From: Octopus sinensis
Lineage: Eukaryota
Direction: 5' to 3'
Assembly: GCF_006345805.1 (NCBI RefSeq)
Contig: NC_043002.1
Location: 27,466,001-27,530,000, forward strand
Length of the DNA stretch: 64,000 nt
In this document: in pieces, positions 13,250 to 25,300 of the stretch
How the letters are laid out: every line of letters begins with the position of its first letter
Numbering within the stretch: position 1 is the first letter of the stretch
Program-made: the position numbers and the translations under genes
Notes under the pieces: model-generated
Told to the model about the DNA's origin: nothing
What the model saw: only the letters and a program-made list of their open reading frames with translations
Databases searched by the model: none

Positions 13250-13472
13250 TGTTTTACTGAATAGCGTGCATAAATAATTCGTTTATAGTGATCAAATATA
13301 TATGCTGTACATTAGCTCACACCCTCCATCAAACTGACACTGCCTGAACAGGTGCACGCATAGGAACGTGATATGAAGTATATTGCTCAAGAACACAACG
13401 TACCACTCTGCCCAGGAATTGAAACCTCAATCTCACGATCGTGAGTGCAATACCCTAAATACTAGGCCACGT
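13250..13472 (-). mobile_element. tRNA-headed SINE family 5
   Basis: Reverse-complement similarity to 53085-53365 (gtgttcttgagcaa..cgtgcacctgttcagg..gtgagctaatgt..tttgatcactat). Confidence 0.6.
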
Positions 13473-14007
13473 AACGTCGAGAGAAAGCGATGTAGTTACT
13501 ACGGAGGTGACAAAATATGGTGACAATAAGTATGTTGGCTATAGCAGTGGTCGTGAAACTGAAATCTTCCCCTTTCCTTACATATATTTTGAAAATCTGA
13601 CTCCCGCACTGCGTTCATTAATTTGAAAGCAGAATTATGTCTGTACGCATGTAACTTTTCTTTTTTCAGCATATCGTTTTTCACAAGCTTAAATTGTTTA
13701 CCACTATCTTAACTTAATATATAAATTGTCTGCCCTCTCTTCAGTCACCATAAGCAACTTCTTATGAGAAAAAACCGGCCACGGATTCGATCATTTTGGT
13801 TCAAGAAATTCATTGCCAATTAACAAGAAGTTTGCGGGGGTGATGGAGAGGGTAATGGAGGGAAAAGGGGGAGGCAAGAAGAGGGGTGTAATGGGGAGGG
13901 TGGATGTCTGTGTGTCTTAGTGTGTGTAGCAGTAACGCTATTATCACCAATACCACACTTGCTGAATTACATGTGTATGTATGTATGTATGTTTTCATAT
14001 GCCTGAA

Positions 14008-14500
14008 CAGGTTGATCGGGATAAATTTGACAGTTCCCATTTTAAGAAATTGAAAAAGTTTCACATCCAAACGTTAAAGTATTTTTTCATAAATCAAGAA
14101 ATATCAGCTACATTACGACTGCGAGGTAACATTTATTTCACCCTCAGCTTCCACCACGGTCTCAAGATGGCTCCTGAACCTGGTGCATGCATTCCTCGCT
14201 GTGTCCTTGGGAAGATCTTCGAACACCTCCTTGATCTTGGCCACCAGTCTACCTTGGTATTACAAGTAGAGCATTTCGTGTCTTTCCCAACCACGCCCCA
14301 CACATAGTGACCATGGAATTAAAATCGTTAGAAATAGGAAGTCAGAAATTGGGGCTGGTGAAGTCATACAAATTCTGCGGCAACCACTTCTGACTATTTT
14401 TGAAGGTACAGCAAAGCGTCGAATCCTGCTGTCACACATATGGACTTCCAGCAGCCACCCTCTCCAGCCAGAGATTGGCCGTAATCTCCAGACGCTTCTC
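14008..14500 (-). mobile_element. Tc1/mariner-superfamily DD37D/maT-like transposase C-terminal relic
   Basis: Minus: LERVAAGSPYV*QQDS..SQKWL..DFTSPNF*LP.S.DFN.M..YVWG.. followed by an ..ACTRFRSRLETVVEAEG-like tail. It is homologous to 26800-27050. Confidence 0.7.
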
Positions 14501-14921
14501 ATAACCGTCTCAATTTAATCTAAGCCTCAGTTCATTAGTGGTTAGATAAAAGCTGAAAGCTGGCGTGCGGATCCAATCAGAAAGTTGGCTGTGTCATTTC
14601 TTTATGGCCACGTCTCTGTAGCTGTCCGCGTCACGCCTTACAGCTTTTACAGTGATCACGGAGCATGGTGTAGCATTTTGTTTCCCTGCGCGAAATATCA
14701 TGTTACAGGTAACACTTTTCCAATCTTTTCCAATTTTCAAGTGGTGTCCAGTCCTCCAAGTCAGCAAAGCTTTCCTCAACTACAACTGTGAGGTGATACA
14801 TACATACATACATAAATGCATACAAACATACATACATATATATATATATATACATATACATATACATATATAATATATATATATATATATAATATATATA
14901 TATATATACATATATACATAT

Positions 14922-15119
14922 ATGAGAGGTATTGGTATCTAGAAGACCCCAAAGAGTGGCAGGTCACGCCAAGTAAGTGCTATGGGCAGACCATCTCACA
15001 TCGTCTCTGATGAAGGGATACCCATGATATTCCAGAAACAGCTGTAAGACTATATCGTTTTCCTTATAAATGTCCTGGAAGCTACTCACAGCCTTGGCCT
15101 TGTTATCTCATTTTGTCTA

Positions 15120-15120
<1 letters not shown>
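14922..15120 (+). mobile_element. Hammerhead-bearing mini-element family B, flanked by (TA)n-rich tracts on both sides
   Basis: A ~200 bp unique unit between TA tracts that contains the HHR at 15003-15050. Confidence 0.65.
15003..15050 (+). ncRNA. Minimal type-I hammerhead ribozyme with canonical core
   Basis: GTCT CTGATGA A GGGATA cccatga TATTCC A GAA AC agct GT A AGAC. Stem I is GTCT/AGAC, stem II is GGGATA/TATTCC, stem III is the palindromic ACAGCTGT, and cleavage is predicted after GUA (15046). Confidence 0.8.
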
Positions 15121-15202
<82 letters not shown>

Positions 15203-16353
15203 CACACGCACGCACACATATATGTATGCATGTATATATGCATGTATGTTTGTTTGTCCGAATGAAGTATACATCAAACTCAAACGAAATGTCTGTACCA
15301 CAGCATTAAAATATGGTTATCTCGAGAATCTAGTCTAGTCACATTAGATATTTATCGAGTTATATATGTATATATACACATATATGTGTGTGCGTTTGTG
15401 TGTGTGTGTGAGTGAGTTACCCTTGAGTGTTGTAGGTGTGTGTGTGTGTTTGAGCCGTTTGATTTGGTACGAATCGTTGTTTAATGTTTCACATATGCAT
15501 AAAATTCAGTTCATGGAAGCTGAAATCTAATTTTATCCCATTTTATGTAACTATTATCAATTTAACAGTCGCATAGCTTGACAAAAAAAAATGCAATACA
15601 TGCCATCATCATTTATAATAAGTTATGTATTTCTAAAACACCAGGTAGACTCTAACTTCTAATTAAAACTTATATAACTGGCGTAATGTGGAATTAGTTT
15701 AGGCTTATTTTACTTTCAGAATCATCCATAGGTTTTAGGTGTCATTTTCTTATACGTTATATATCAAACAAACGAAAACTTTATACAGGAGACTGTATTA
15801 AAGAACATTGTAAACGAGTAGAAAACAATATTATCTAATAAAACACAAAGAAGAGTGTTATCTACAAAACACTTTATATAAGTTTCAGACTTGAAGATGA
15901 TCAGGCTGTCAAAAACAAAACAGAAAAAGAGAATAAAAAACTTATTATTGACAAGTTTCGTTAAGACGCATTATTTTACTTTATTTTTCTTATACTTTTG
16001 GTCTATGGCTAAGCAGACACCGGTTGTTTAGTTAATCATAATTTACTTATGTACCGATAATATTTAGTTTAGAATATTTCAAAAGTCTATCCAAAAATTT
16101 TGCACAACGAAAATTCAACTCATTGGAGAAATGAAAGGTTGTTGATGGTCCCTCCACACCCATTTCTGTAAAGACAATTATTATGTTCAATAGTATGTAT
16201 ACATGACAGTCTTGCATATAGTTTCTCTTTCGGAAACCTGACTCTCAATACATTGATCAAGCCGAGACTATGATAGGAAATACATATACAAGGTAAAAGG
16301 CAGTGATTCCTAACAGGCAACTAACTTGTTCCGAAGCAAACTTCTTAAATATA

Positions 16354-16685
16354 CACCTTGAGCAAGTGTCTTCTACTATAGCCTCGAGCCGACCAAAGCC
16401 TTGTGAATAGATTCATTAGACAGAAACGGAAAGACGACCGTCATATATATATATATATATGTATATGTATGTGTGTGTGGGGTGTGTATTTGTGTGCCTG
16501 TGTTTGTCTCTCCTCCATCTCTTGACAGCCGATGCTGGTATGTTTACGTCCCCCGTAACTTAGCGGTTCAGCAAAAACAAACCAACAGAATAAGTATTAG
16601 GCTTACAAAAGTCCTGGTGTCGATTTTTTCGACTGAAGGCAGTGCTCCAACATGGCCGCAGTTAAAATTACCGAAACAAATAAAA

Positions 16686-16690
<5 letters not shown>
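16354..16690 (+). mobile_element. SINE family 4, 5'-truncated
   Basis: caccttgagcaagtgtcttctactatagcctcgagccgaccaaagccttgtg..gtccccgtaacttagcggttc..catggccgcagt. Confidence 0.8.
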
Positions 16691-16737
<47 letters not shown>

Positions 16738-16936
16738 GCATTAACTCGTATCCGAGTAGTAGTTCTGTAGCGAATGATTGAGTCTCTTCATCCTGATAGA
16801 TGCAAAACGTGCTGGTGCCTGAAGCAGCTCTTCAAGCCAAGAGCAGTGGAGAAGAGCCGGGGGCGTTATTTATCACAGGGGAGGGGCGGTGATGGACGAT
16901 AATGTGTGCATACATACACACACACGCACACACATA

Positions 16937-16937
16937 C

Positions 16938-17028
<91 letters not shown>
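16937..17028. repeat. (GATA)n microsatellite
   Basis: Directly visible. Similar tracts occur at 26310-26400, 28275-28350 and 28482-28570. Confidence 0.95.
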
Positions 17029-17029
<1 letters not shown>

Positions 17030-17034
17030 CCAGC

Positions 17035-17795
17035 CAGCCAGCCAGCCAGCCGCCTGCACTTCGTCGCCATCTTGGTAAAGTGCACTTGGAAAGAGGTATC
17101 ATCACCCATGTCGATACCCAGGTCACGCACTGATTTGGGTTCTGGAATTGTAATCCCCACCTTGGGTCAGTGTAACCTGTAGGTTTTTCGTTCAGTTCTG
17201 GGTGCTGGTAGCACAGGACCGGAATTTTCAAGCATTAAACTGCACATTGTTTTACCCAGCCCATCTGTAAATTGCGTCCAACACCTGCTGTGCGTGCAAG
17301 ATCGCTAGAGTTTCATATTTTCTGCAAGACTTTTGCACCGTCTGCGTAGCTGGCAAGGATGGCTATCCGGGCAGTTGAGGTCATATCTGAGAGGTCCACT
17401 ATGAAAAGCAGTGGCCCCGAGGCAGTGCCCACTGGAACACCACTCACTATTTGCTTTTTCTTTGATGTGGCTCCATTGGCCACCACTGCCTGACTCCTAT
17501 TTGTCAGAAAGTTATATAACCACTCTCCAAGTTTTTCAGCTATGGCGAAATCGCACAGTTTAACGTATCATACCATGACCAACTTTATCAAAAGCTTTTA
17601 CAAACATCAATCTATAGTACGTCCATATTTGAGTTGTCGAGTAATTGTCTCAACACCCAGTCATAGTGCTGTAGGGGCTGTGTCAGGCAGCTCTTACCTG
17701 GTCGAAAACCATGCTGGGGATCACTTAGCGAGCCGTTTTCTTCCAGGAATGCGATTAGTTTCCTTCTGACTATTCGTTCCGTAACCTTGCCCATG
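17035..17795 (-). mobile_element. CR1/L2-like LINE reverse-transcriptase fragment
   Basis: QHGFRPGKSCLTQ.., DFAKAFDKV-like, SGVPVGTASGPLLF, SYADG (YADD) and SVRDLGI motifs occur in order on the minus strand. Confidence 0.85.
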
Positions 17796-18367
17796 TGTGA
17801 AGTCAGAGAATTAGGCCTATAATTTTAGCATCTGCTCTGCTTCCTCCTTCTGTTTACTCTCACTTCAGCATCCTGACTGGGGAGCAAGAACAATCTTTTC
17901 ATTTTTGCCTTTACTGGTAAAACCCGAAACATTATCGATAAGGAAGTTTTTACCATGAGATCAACAAATCAAAACCTACAGAATGATTAACAACTTTGAG
18001 TTGATATTGCCAACGTCACACTATATTCGTCTAAGAAAAGCTATTTGTATTTCTGTTAGTTGTAATACTTAGATTCAATAAATTACAGTACACGTATTTT
18101 TAGCTTTCCCCGAAATTTTATTTACTTATCTTGTACTAGATGTCAGCCAAAGTCTGTGCGATGTTTGCTTCATTTATACACTCAATTACAATAGATCATA
18201 GATCAGAGGTTTATATGCACCCATGATAATATTGGCCAGAAGAAAACGGCTCTATCGTCTACGTGAAAGTTAACAACCGTTTCTTATATACGTCCAATAC
18301 AATCTAAAAATATTCATAGTACTATTTTGGTGGCTTCTTTCAACCCAGTTAATGACGGGTGTTTCTG

Positions 18368-18403
<36 letters not shown>

Positions 18404-18443
18404 CGTGTGTGTTTGTATGTATGTATGTGTGCGAGTGTGCATC

Positions 18444-18556
18444 TTTTATCTTTTACTTGTTTCAGCCGAATATATCAATCCTAGTAATTACTTCTTATAA
18501 GCCTGGTGTTTATTCTATCGGTCTCCTTTGCCGAACTCCTAAGTTACAGAGACACC
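18444..18556 (-). mobile_element. SINE family 4, 3' tail
   Basis: ttattctatcggtctcctttgccgaactcctaagttac is the reverse complement of the family tail. Confidence 0.65.
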
Positions 18557-19333
18557 CTTTCTCACATTTCTTGGCATTCCTTTTGCTTAATCTCTCTATT
18601 TTCCTCTGTTGTCTCCTTTGTACCTTTCACTCTTCCTCTCCCCCTCTCTAAGTCATTCCCTGATACTTCAATCCGTCTTCTCCCTAACACTCTCTGTTCC
18701 TCCCACGTGACCAGTGCTCTACCAAGCATGATATTTCTTTTTTGGCTTGATCGCCGCTCGCACAACACCTTATTTTCCTGTCTCCTAAATTTCATCTATG
18801 TTTGTTGCCTTAAGGCATCCACTTCACAAGCCAGCTTAACTTAACGTGTCCTTGTAGTCGAAGGACACCTGTTTTTTTGTCAGTGTTGTCGCATATATTC
18901 GCCCCCTTTCTTCCAAAAATGTAACGCCCTTAGCTAATATTTTTGTGGCCTACCACAAGTGTAACAGGCCGAAACTGTAGTGATAATTGGAAGCTTGACT
19001 GAGGAATAGAAAGCCACGAATGTTACGTCCTGGTATCCTTGTACGTCTTTGTATCATACTTCTGTCCATGTGTTTTCATTCTCGTCCGTTACGTTCTTGT
19101 TCCGTTATGGGTATTTATATATATATACATATCGTCAGGATTTCATATATCAAAAAAGGAAACACTCTAAAGCATTAGAGCAGCAATAATATTTAGAAAG
19201 TTAAAAGTCATTCCCGGTCATTAGGTGACCATTGGTTTCGTAAGTATATATAGCTTAGCACTATAGTGCTAAGAGTATATTGCTAAGCGATTTATAGGTG
19301 CGAAATCAATGGCCTCCTATTATATATATGTGA

Positions 19334-19371
<38 letters not shown>

Positions 19372-19394
19372 TCATATATGTATGTATGTGTGTT

Positions 19395-19596
19395 TCTGTG
19401 TCTGTGTTTGTCCAACGCCATCGCTTGGGAACTGATGGTGGCGTGTCTACGTCTTCGTATAGTAGCAGTTCGCCAAGAATGACCGATAGAATTAGTCCTA
19501 GGTCAACAAAGCATATGTCCCGGGGTAGATTTGTTCGACTAAAGGCGGTGCTCCAGCATTGCCCCAGTCAAATGACTGAAAGAAATAAAAGAAAAT
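19395..19596 (+). mobile_element. SINE family 4, 3' tail
   Basis: ccatcgcttg..gaccgatagaa..cgactaaaggcggtgctccagcat..aaatgactgaaa. Confidence 0.75.
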
Positions 19597-19685
19597 ATCT
19601 ATCTATCTACACACACACACACATATGTATATATATATATATATAATATATATATATATATATAATATATATATATTATATATAT

Positions 19686-19891
19686 ATAACGGGAAGCTTT
19701 ATGAAAATAGACAAAAGACGAAGGCAGGTGGAAAACAAACAAACAATTGTATTAGTATGGCACTCAGGAAATATAAATAAAACAAGTCTTTAACGTTTCG
19801 AGCCTACGCTCTTCAACAGAAAGATACACAGAGAGAAAAAAAACACAGAAAGAAGGAGAGAAAAAAAATGCGTGCAGTAACTAACGAATCA
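19686..19891 (-). mobile_element. Hammerhead-bearing mini-element family A, copy 2 (HHR at 19787-19824)
   Basis: Reverse complement of 3795-4010. It has (TA)n on the left and is cut by a pogo-type MITE on the right. Confidence 0.8.
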
Positions 19892-19917
19892 TACACCGTA
19901 TATACACCGTATATACA

Positions 19918-20619
19918 CCGTATATACTCGTATAACACTAGAATTTTTTAGCCCATTTTTTTAAAGCCTAATTTATAGGGTTGACTATTACAAGGATACT
20001 ACTTTTAAGGGGCTGAAATTGAAGGTAGAATCCGAAGTACCGTATTAGCAGCAGAAGCCCATCTGATCTCTAAGCGAATGACAACAAAAAACACAAAGAA
20101 TTATAGTAATATTACCAATTCTAAGCACCAAACACAAGTCTTAGTAAAACATAAAGGTCGCATGGGAATCACTGACCTAGCAACTAGTTGAACGTATTCA
20201 GGCTTACCAGAGCCATGTCTTTGTACGAATTCAAGCAGTTGCATTTGCCAGTGTTCGCCAATTGTACTGTCTGTGAAACATGTTTCTCACCATGTAAACA
20301 ATGAGAGTATGACGCTTGAAGATGTTTGCAGGCATGCAGCATATCTTATGCATACATTTTAGTAATGGTGATCTAGCAACACTCAACAGATATGTAGTGC
20401 TCGCTATTAAATGGTGCTTTACTATAAGCACCGAGAATTCCATTATAGACGCCAAGCATCCCACCCATACAGCAGGCTACAGTGAGGTAGCCGCATAATG
20501 TTGTTACTTCTACATACATAAAGATATGGTAACTTGACCCACAAATGCTGTCCTGTTGCTTGTGAAATACTATAGGGTAGACTTTTAATTCAAATCGATT
20601 GTTACTCGAGAATATACGG
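19918..20619. mobile_element. pogo/Tigger-type non-autonomous element (MITE-like, ~700 bp)
   Basis: TIRs are CCGTATATACTCG (19918) and CGAGAATATACGG (ending 20619), followed by TA. There is no long ORF inside. Confidence 0.65.
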
Positions 20620-20836
20620 TATGTATATATACATATAAATGTAACTAGGGTGTTATACACACCAACATTGCTAGAAATGGGATCCAAAATGCTCTAATGC
20701 TGTAATTATTTTAGCTTTTATTTCTAGCAATGTAGATTTTATAACACGCCAGTCGCATTTAATGACAATTATAGTTTTCCTATTCGGTAGAACATTGCAC
20801 ACTACTGTCTATTTTAATTATACGTGTGTGTGTGCG

Positions 20837-20894
<58 letters not shown>

Positions 20895-20914
20895 TATATA
20901 TATGTATGTATATA

Positions 20915-20982
<68 letters not shown>

Positions 20983-20988
<6 letters not shown>

Positions 20989-21200
20989 TTAATCCAAACA
21001 AGAAAGCGCAAAAAAAAAAACACAAAACAACGCGAGGACGTGGAACAAATGTAGTATTATTGGACGCTCAGGAAAGAAGGAAACAAGGAGGGTTTACCGT
21101 TTCGAGCAGAGCTCTTCATCGGAAACATAGGAGAGGGAAAGATCCAGAGAAGAGAAGACAGAGGGAAAAAAATCGCCAACGGTACACACGAGGTCACACA
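20983..21200 (-). mobile_element. Hammerhead-bearing mini-element family C, flanked by (TA)n (decayed HHR at 21092-21126)
   Basis: Minus: GTTT CCGATGA A GAGC tct GCTC GAA AC GG T AAAC. The architecture resembles family A, and on the + strand both share a gacgctcaggaa-like motif next to the HHR. Confidence 0.6.
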
Positions 21201-21345
21201 CATATATATATATATATATATATAACTTATAAATAAGGGCAATTTTAACCTTTAAAGATATTTTTAATATGCTGGCCATTGATAAAAAACTTTTCGAAAA
21301 AAATTTTATCCTACATTAAATATATTATATATATATATATATTAT

Positions 21346-21394
<49 letters not shown>

Positions 21395-21439
21395 CTCCCT
21401 ACACATATACGCATATACGTGGATATGCATATATATATA

Positions 21440-22718
21440 CGAGGGGCGTTCAATAAGTAATGCCTCTGACCCACTTGCCGTTGTTTGATCTAGCTGAAAG
21501 TTTGCATGTGCAATTATTTATATCTCTATAGATTAAGTGGCAAATTGTGGTTTCTGATTTACATGTGTTTGAAATGAGTCAAGTGGGAAATGGAGCCTGT
21601 TGAGTGTCGAGCAGCGATCCAGTTTTTGTATTTGAAAGGACGCACACAACGGGAGACTTTTGATGAAATGAAAGTAACTTATGGTGATGATGCCCCATCA
21701 TATCACCTTGTAAAACGCTGGCATCGTGAATTCAAACATGGTCGGAACTTTGTGGAAACAGCTCCCAGATCTGGTCGCCCCCTTCTGCCATTGATGAGGC
21801 ATCTGTCCGTCAAGTTGAGGCTGCCATTTTGGAAGATCGACGCATAACTATTCGCCAAATAGCCCATGAGGTCAAGATTAGTACCGGGTCTGTGGAAACT
21901 ATCATTCATGACCATTTGCATATGCAAAAGGTGTCTGCCAGATGGATTCCCAGGTTGCTCACACTTTTCCAGAAGCAAAAATGCGTCGAGTGCTCGAGGA
22001 TGAATTTAGGGATGTGCCAAGAAGATGAGTCACAATTTTTCAAAAGACTGATTACACAGGATGAGACCAGGGTCCATCACTATGATCCAGAGACCAAAGC
22101 CCCGTCAATGCAGTGGAAGCACCATGACTCACCTCCTCCAAAGTAGGCAAGGGTGCAGCCCTCCGCGGGCAAGGTCATGCTCACAGTCTTCTGGGACCAG
22201 GACGGAGTAGTGATGACAGATTTCCTGGCAAAGGGTACCACGATTACAGGAGCCTATCATGCTTCACTTTTGAGGAAAGTAAGAGAAGCTATCAAAACCA
22301 AGAGGCGGGGCAAGATCAGCAAAGGCATCCTCCTCCTACAGGACAACGCTCCGGTCCACAACTCGCGTGTCGCCAGATCAGAAGCACAGGCGTGCGGCTA
22401 TGAACTCTTCCCCCATACCCCTACTCTCCTGACATTACACCCTCTGATTTTCACCTCTTCCCAGCCATGAAGTTGTTTTTGAAAGGAAAGCGTTTCCCAG
22501 ATGATGCAGCCTTGATTTGATTTCTGAAGTCACGTCGTGGTTGGAGGACCAAGCTGGGGTCTTCTACAAAAACGGTCTCCAGAGCTGCATCAAATGATGG
22601 GAGAAATGCGTAACTATGGGTTGTTCCTATGCTGAAAAAGACTAATACCTGTGCCAAGTTTCGTTGCTCTACTGCTATGGGAAGTGGGTCAGGGGCATTG
22701 CTTGTTGAACGCCCCTCG
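21440..22718 (+). mobile_element. Near full-length mariner (DD34D) transposon, 1279 bp
   Basis: 40-bp TIRs are 36/40 identical (cgaggggcgttcaa..gacccactt). TA occurs at 21438-39 and 22719-20, and the transposase lies inside. Confidence 0.95.
21590..22645 (+). pseudogene. Mariner transposase, disrupted
   Basis: HTH (..RWHREFKHG..RSGRP), WIPRLL, TQDET, LLQDNAP and PYSPDITPSDFHLF motifs. There is a frameshift near 21780, TAG at 22144-46 and a second frameshift near 22415. Confidence 0.9.
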
Positions 22719-24210
22719 TATGCACATGTATATGCGATTGTATGTGTATGTATATATACACGTACATGAATGTACATATACTCATATCCATGCATAGTTA
22801 GATTCAATAGAAAGATGACTAAAGACAAACTGGTGTAATTATTCAGCCCAGATAACATAATTAAACACGCTCACGCAAATACACCCAAACATACACGAAT
22901 ACAAACATACGCACTTGACGTGCGCACGCTCTCACACACAGACGCGCGCTCGCACGAACACACACGCACGCACACACACTCCCACACAAACATACGAAGA
23001 TGCATTCAAACACAGAAATAGCGATAGAATTAATAAATTCATTAGTTCAGAGATTATGCGAGGATATAGAAAAGCACCTACAATTTTAGAGGAAAACCAA
23101 CTAGTGGGCTCTCACGGAAACAAGTTTACTGCTTCATCTGACATTGGCAGAATCGTTAGACTCTCACTGTCTCTGCCTGATCTTTACCTTCTGAGTTCAA
23201 TTTCCGTTGAGATCAAATTTATTTTTCGCACTTTTACATTTAATACAGTATACCATTCAAATACTGTAGCTGATTTTATTGATTATGAGCCTCGTTTTAA
23301 AATTGTTCACTTTATGCCTACCTTATAAACCAATGTTTAAATTTGTAATGCAAGGGTCGTTACAGAATAGAAAGAGTGTCAGGGAAAATACTGTTAATTT
23401 AGTTTCAGACGTTTAGAATTGGAGTTCATTGCAACTGCGTGTGACGTTTTAATTTCATTGTTCCGTGATCTTTAAAATTACTTGATTTGAAGTATTGGCG
23501 TCGTTATAAATGATTATAGTGACGAACTGACAGAGTCGTCTGCACGCACATCAAATTGCATATCAACATGTATTCCGCCTTTAGGGTCTAATTTCAAATA
23601 CCACTGCGGTTTGATTGCCATTTAGTAATTCGGGCATTAGGGCTGTTGTAATCAACTTATTCTCAGCTCTAAAATTGCTGGCTGTGTTCAAAAATTCGAA
23701 ACTGTGATTTTAAGCTATTGTTCTAACACTGCATCCTATGTAAGTAAACATTAATCATTATTGCCATTGTGCAAAGATCTCCAACTTTTCGTTTTTTCTC
23801 GTGGCACATCTCATTACCAAAGAACGTAAAGCAAAACAGATTGACATTGGTTGTCGTTTTTTTTAATGGATTCTGTCGAGTGGAATAGATTGTCTTCATG
23901 ACATTTGCAGGCCCGCTGAGATTTGTCAGATGCATTTCATCATGAACTTAAATAGCTGAAACTTGATGACTATAGGAAGAGATCCCGGTGAAAAGGGCAC
24001 TAAGAACAATGTAGTGCAGCTGAATTGGAGACGATATGAAATTGACTTTGTTTCTCGCTCACACACACAGCTCACTCTTCCTCTCCATTTCCAAAGGAGT
24101 ATGCGAGCGTATGTGTGCGTACACATGTTTGTGTTTGTGCATATATGCATCGATGCGTCTATCTATATATGTATATATACATACAATATATACTTATAAA
24201 ATATATATGT

Positions 24211-24243
<33 letters not shown>

Positions 24244-24949
24244 AATTAATCAAAATAAAAACATGATGCCAATATATACCTATATACCTATATATATAGG
24301 TACACATAATTATATAAACCTGTAATATATACATGCATACATACATTATGTGTATATATATATATATATATAACTTAAGAACGACGGAGAGAATAATGGT
24401 CTTGACCTCGGCAAGCAGCCAGCGATTATGGCGGTCGATGTTCTGCCAATGTATACATGTATGAAATATTCTGGTTCTTGTTAGATGGGAACGAAGCAAT
24501 GATTTATGTGCTGCCATTAAGCATTAGGTCGAAACCTGTTCGTAACACGTCCCGTTGCACAGAAATTGACAACTGAAGGGAATCGCTAAAATCTTGTGCT
24601 CATTAGGACAAACACACACATATACACATGCATAGAGACAAACAGATATATATATATATGCATATGCATGTACGTATTTATGTATGCATGTATATTTGTG
24701 TGCATATATATGTGTATGTATGTATATATGTATATATGTATGTATGTATGTATGTGTATCACTCTCTATATATACATACACACCTATATATATATATATA
24801 AATATATATGTGTGTGTGTATATATATATATATATACATACATATTCATATATATATACACATATATACATGTATATATATATATGTATGTATCTGTGTC
24901 TATACATATATATATATATATATATGTATACACATATATACCTGCATGC

Positions 24950-24996
<47 letters not shown>

Positions 24997-25204
24997 TGTA
25001 TGGATACAGACATGCATGCATACATACATACACAGATACATACATGTACAAAATACATATACAGCTGTGCACATTTGTTCGTGTACGTATGGATGTATGT
25101 ATGCTTGTATGTATGTCTGTATGTATATGTCTATACATAGAAACATAACATGTATGTATGTATTGTCTCTACTGCCGGCAGAATTCAGCAAATTTGAAGC
25201 GAAA

Positions 25205-25300
25205 AGGTGAGTCGATTACTCTTGCCTCATTATATATGTTTCTTTATTTTATCGACCCCAAACGGATGAATGGCAAAGGTGACGGAGGTACATTTGAGCA
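25205..25300 (-). mobile_element. SINE family 1, body fragment
   Basis: gtcgattac..ttatttatcgacccc..ggatgaatggcaaagg. Confidence 0.5.

Noticed and set aside
18966-19030. Type-II hammerhead (GAAACTGTA ... CTGAGGA)
   Set aside because: The order fits, but neither stem I nor stem II pairs.
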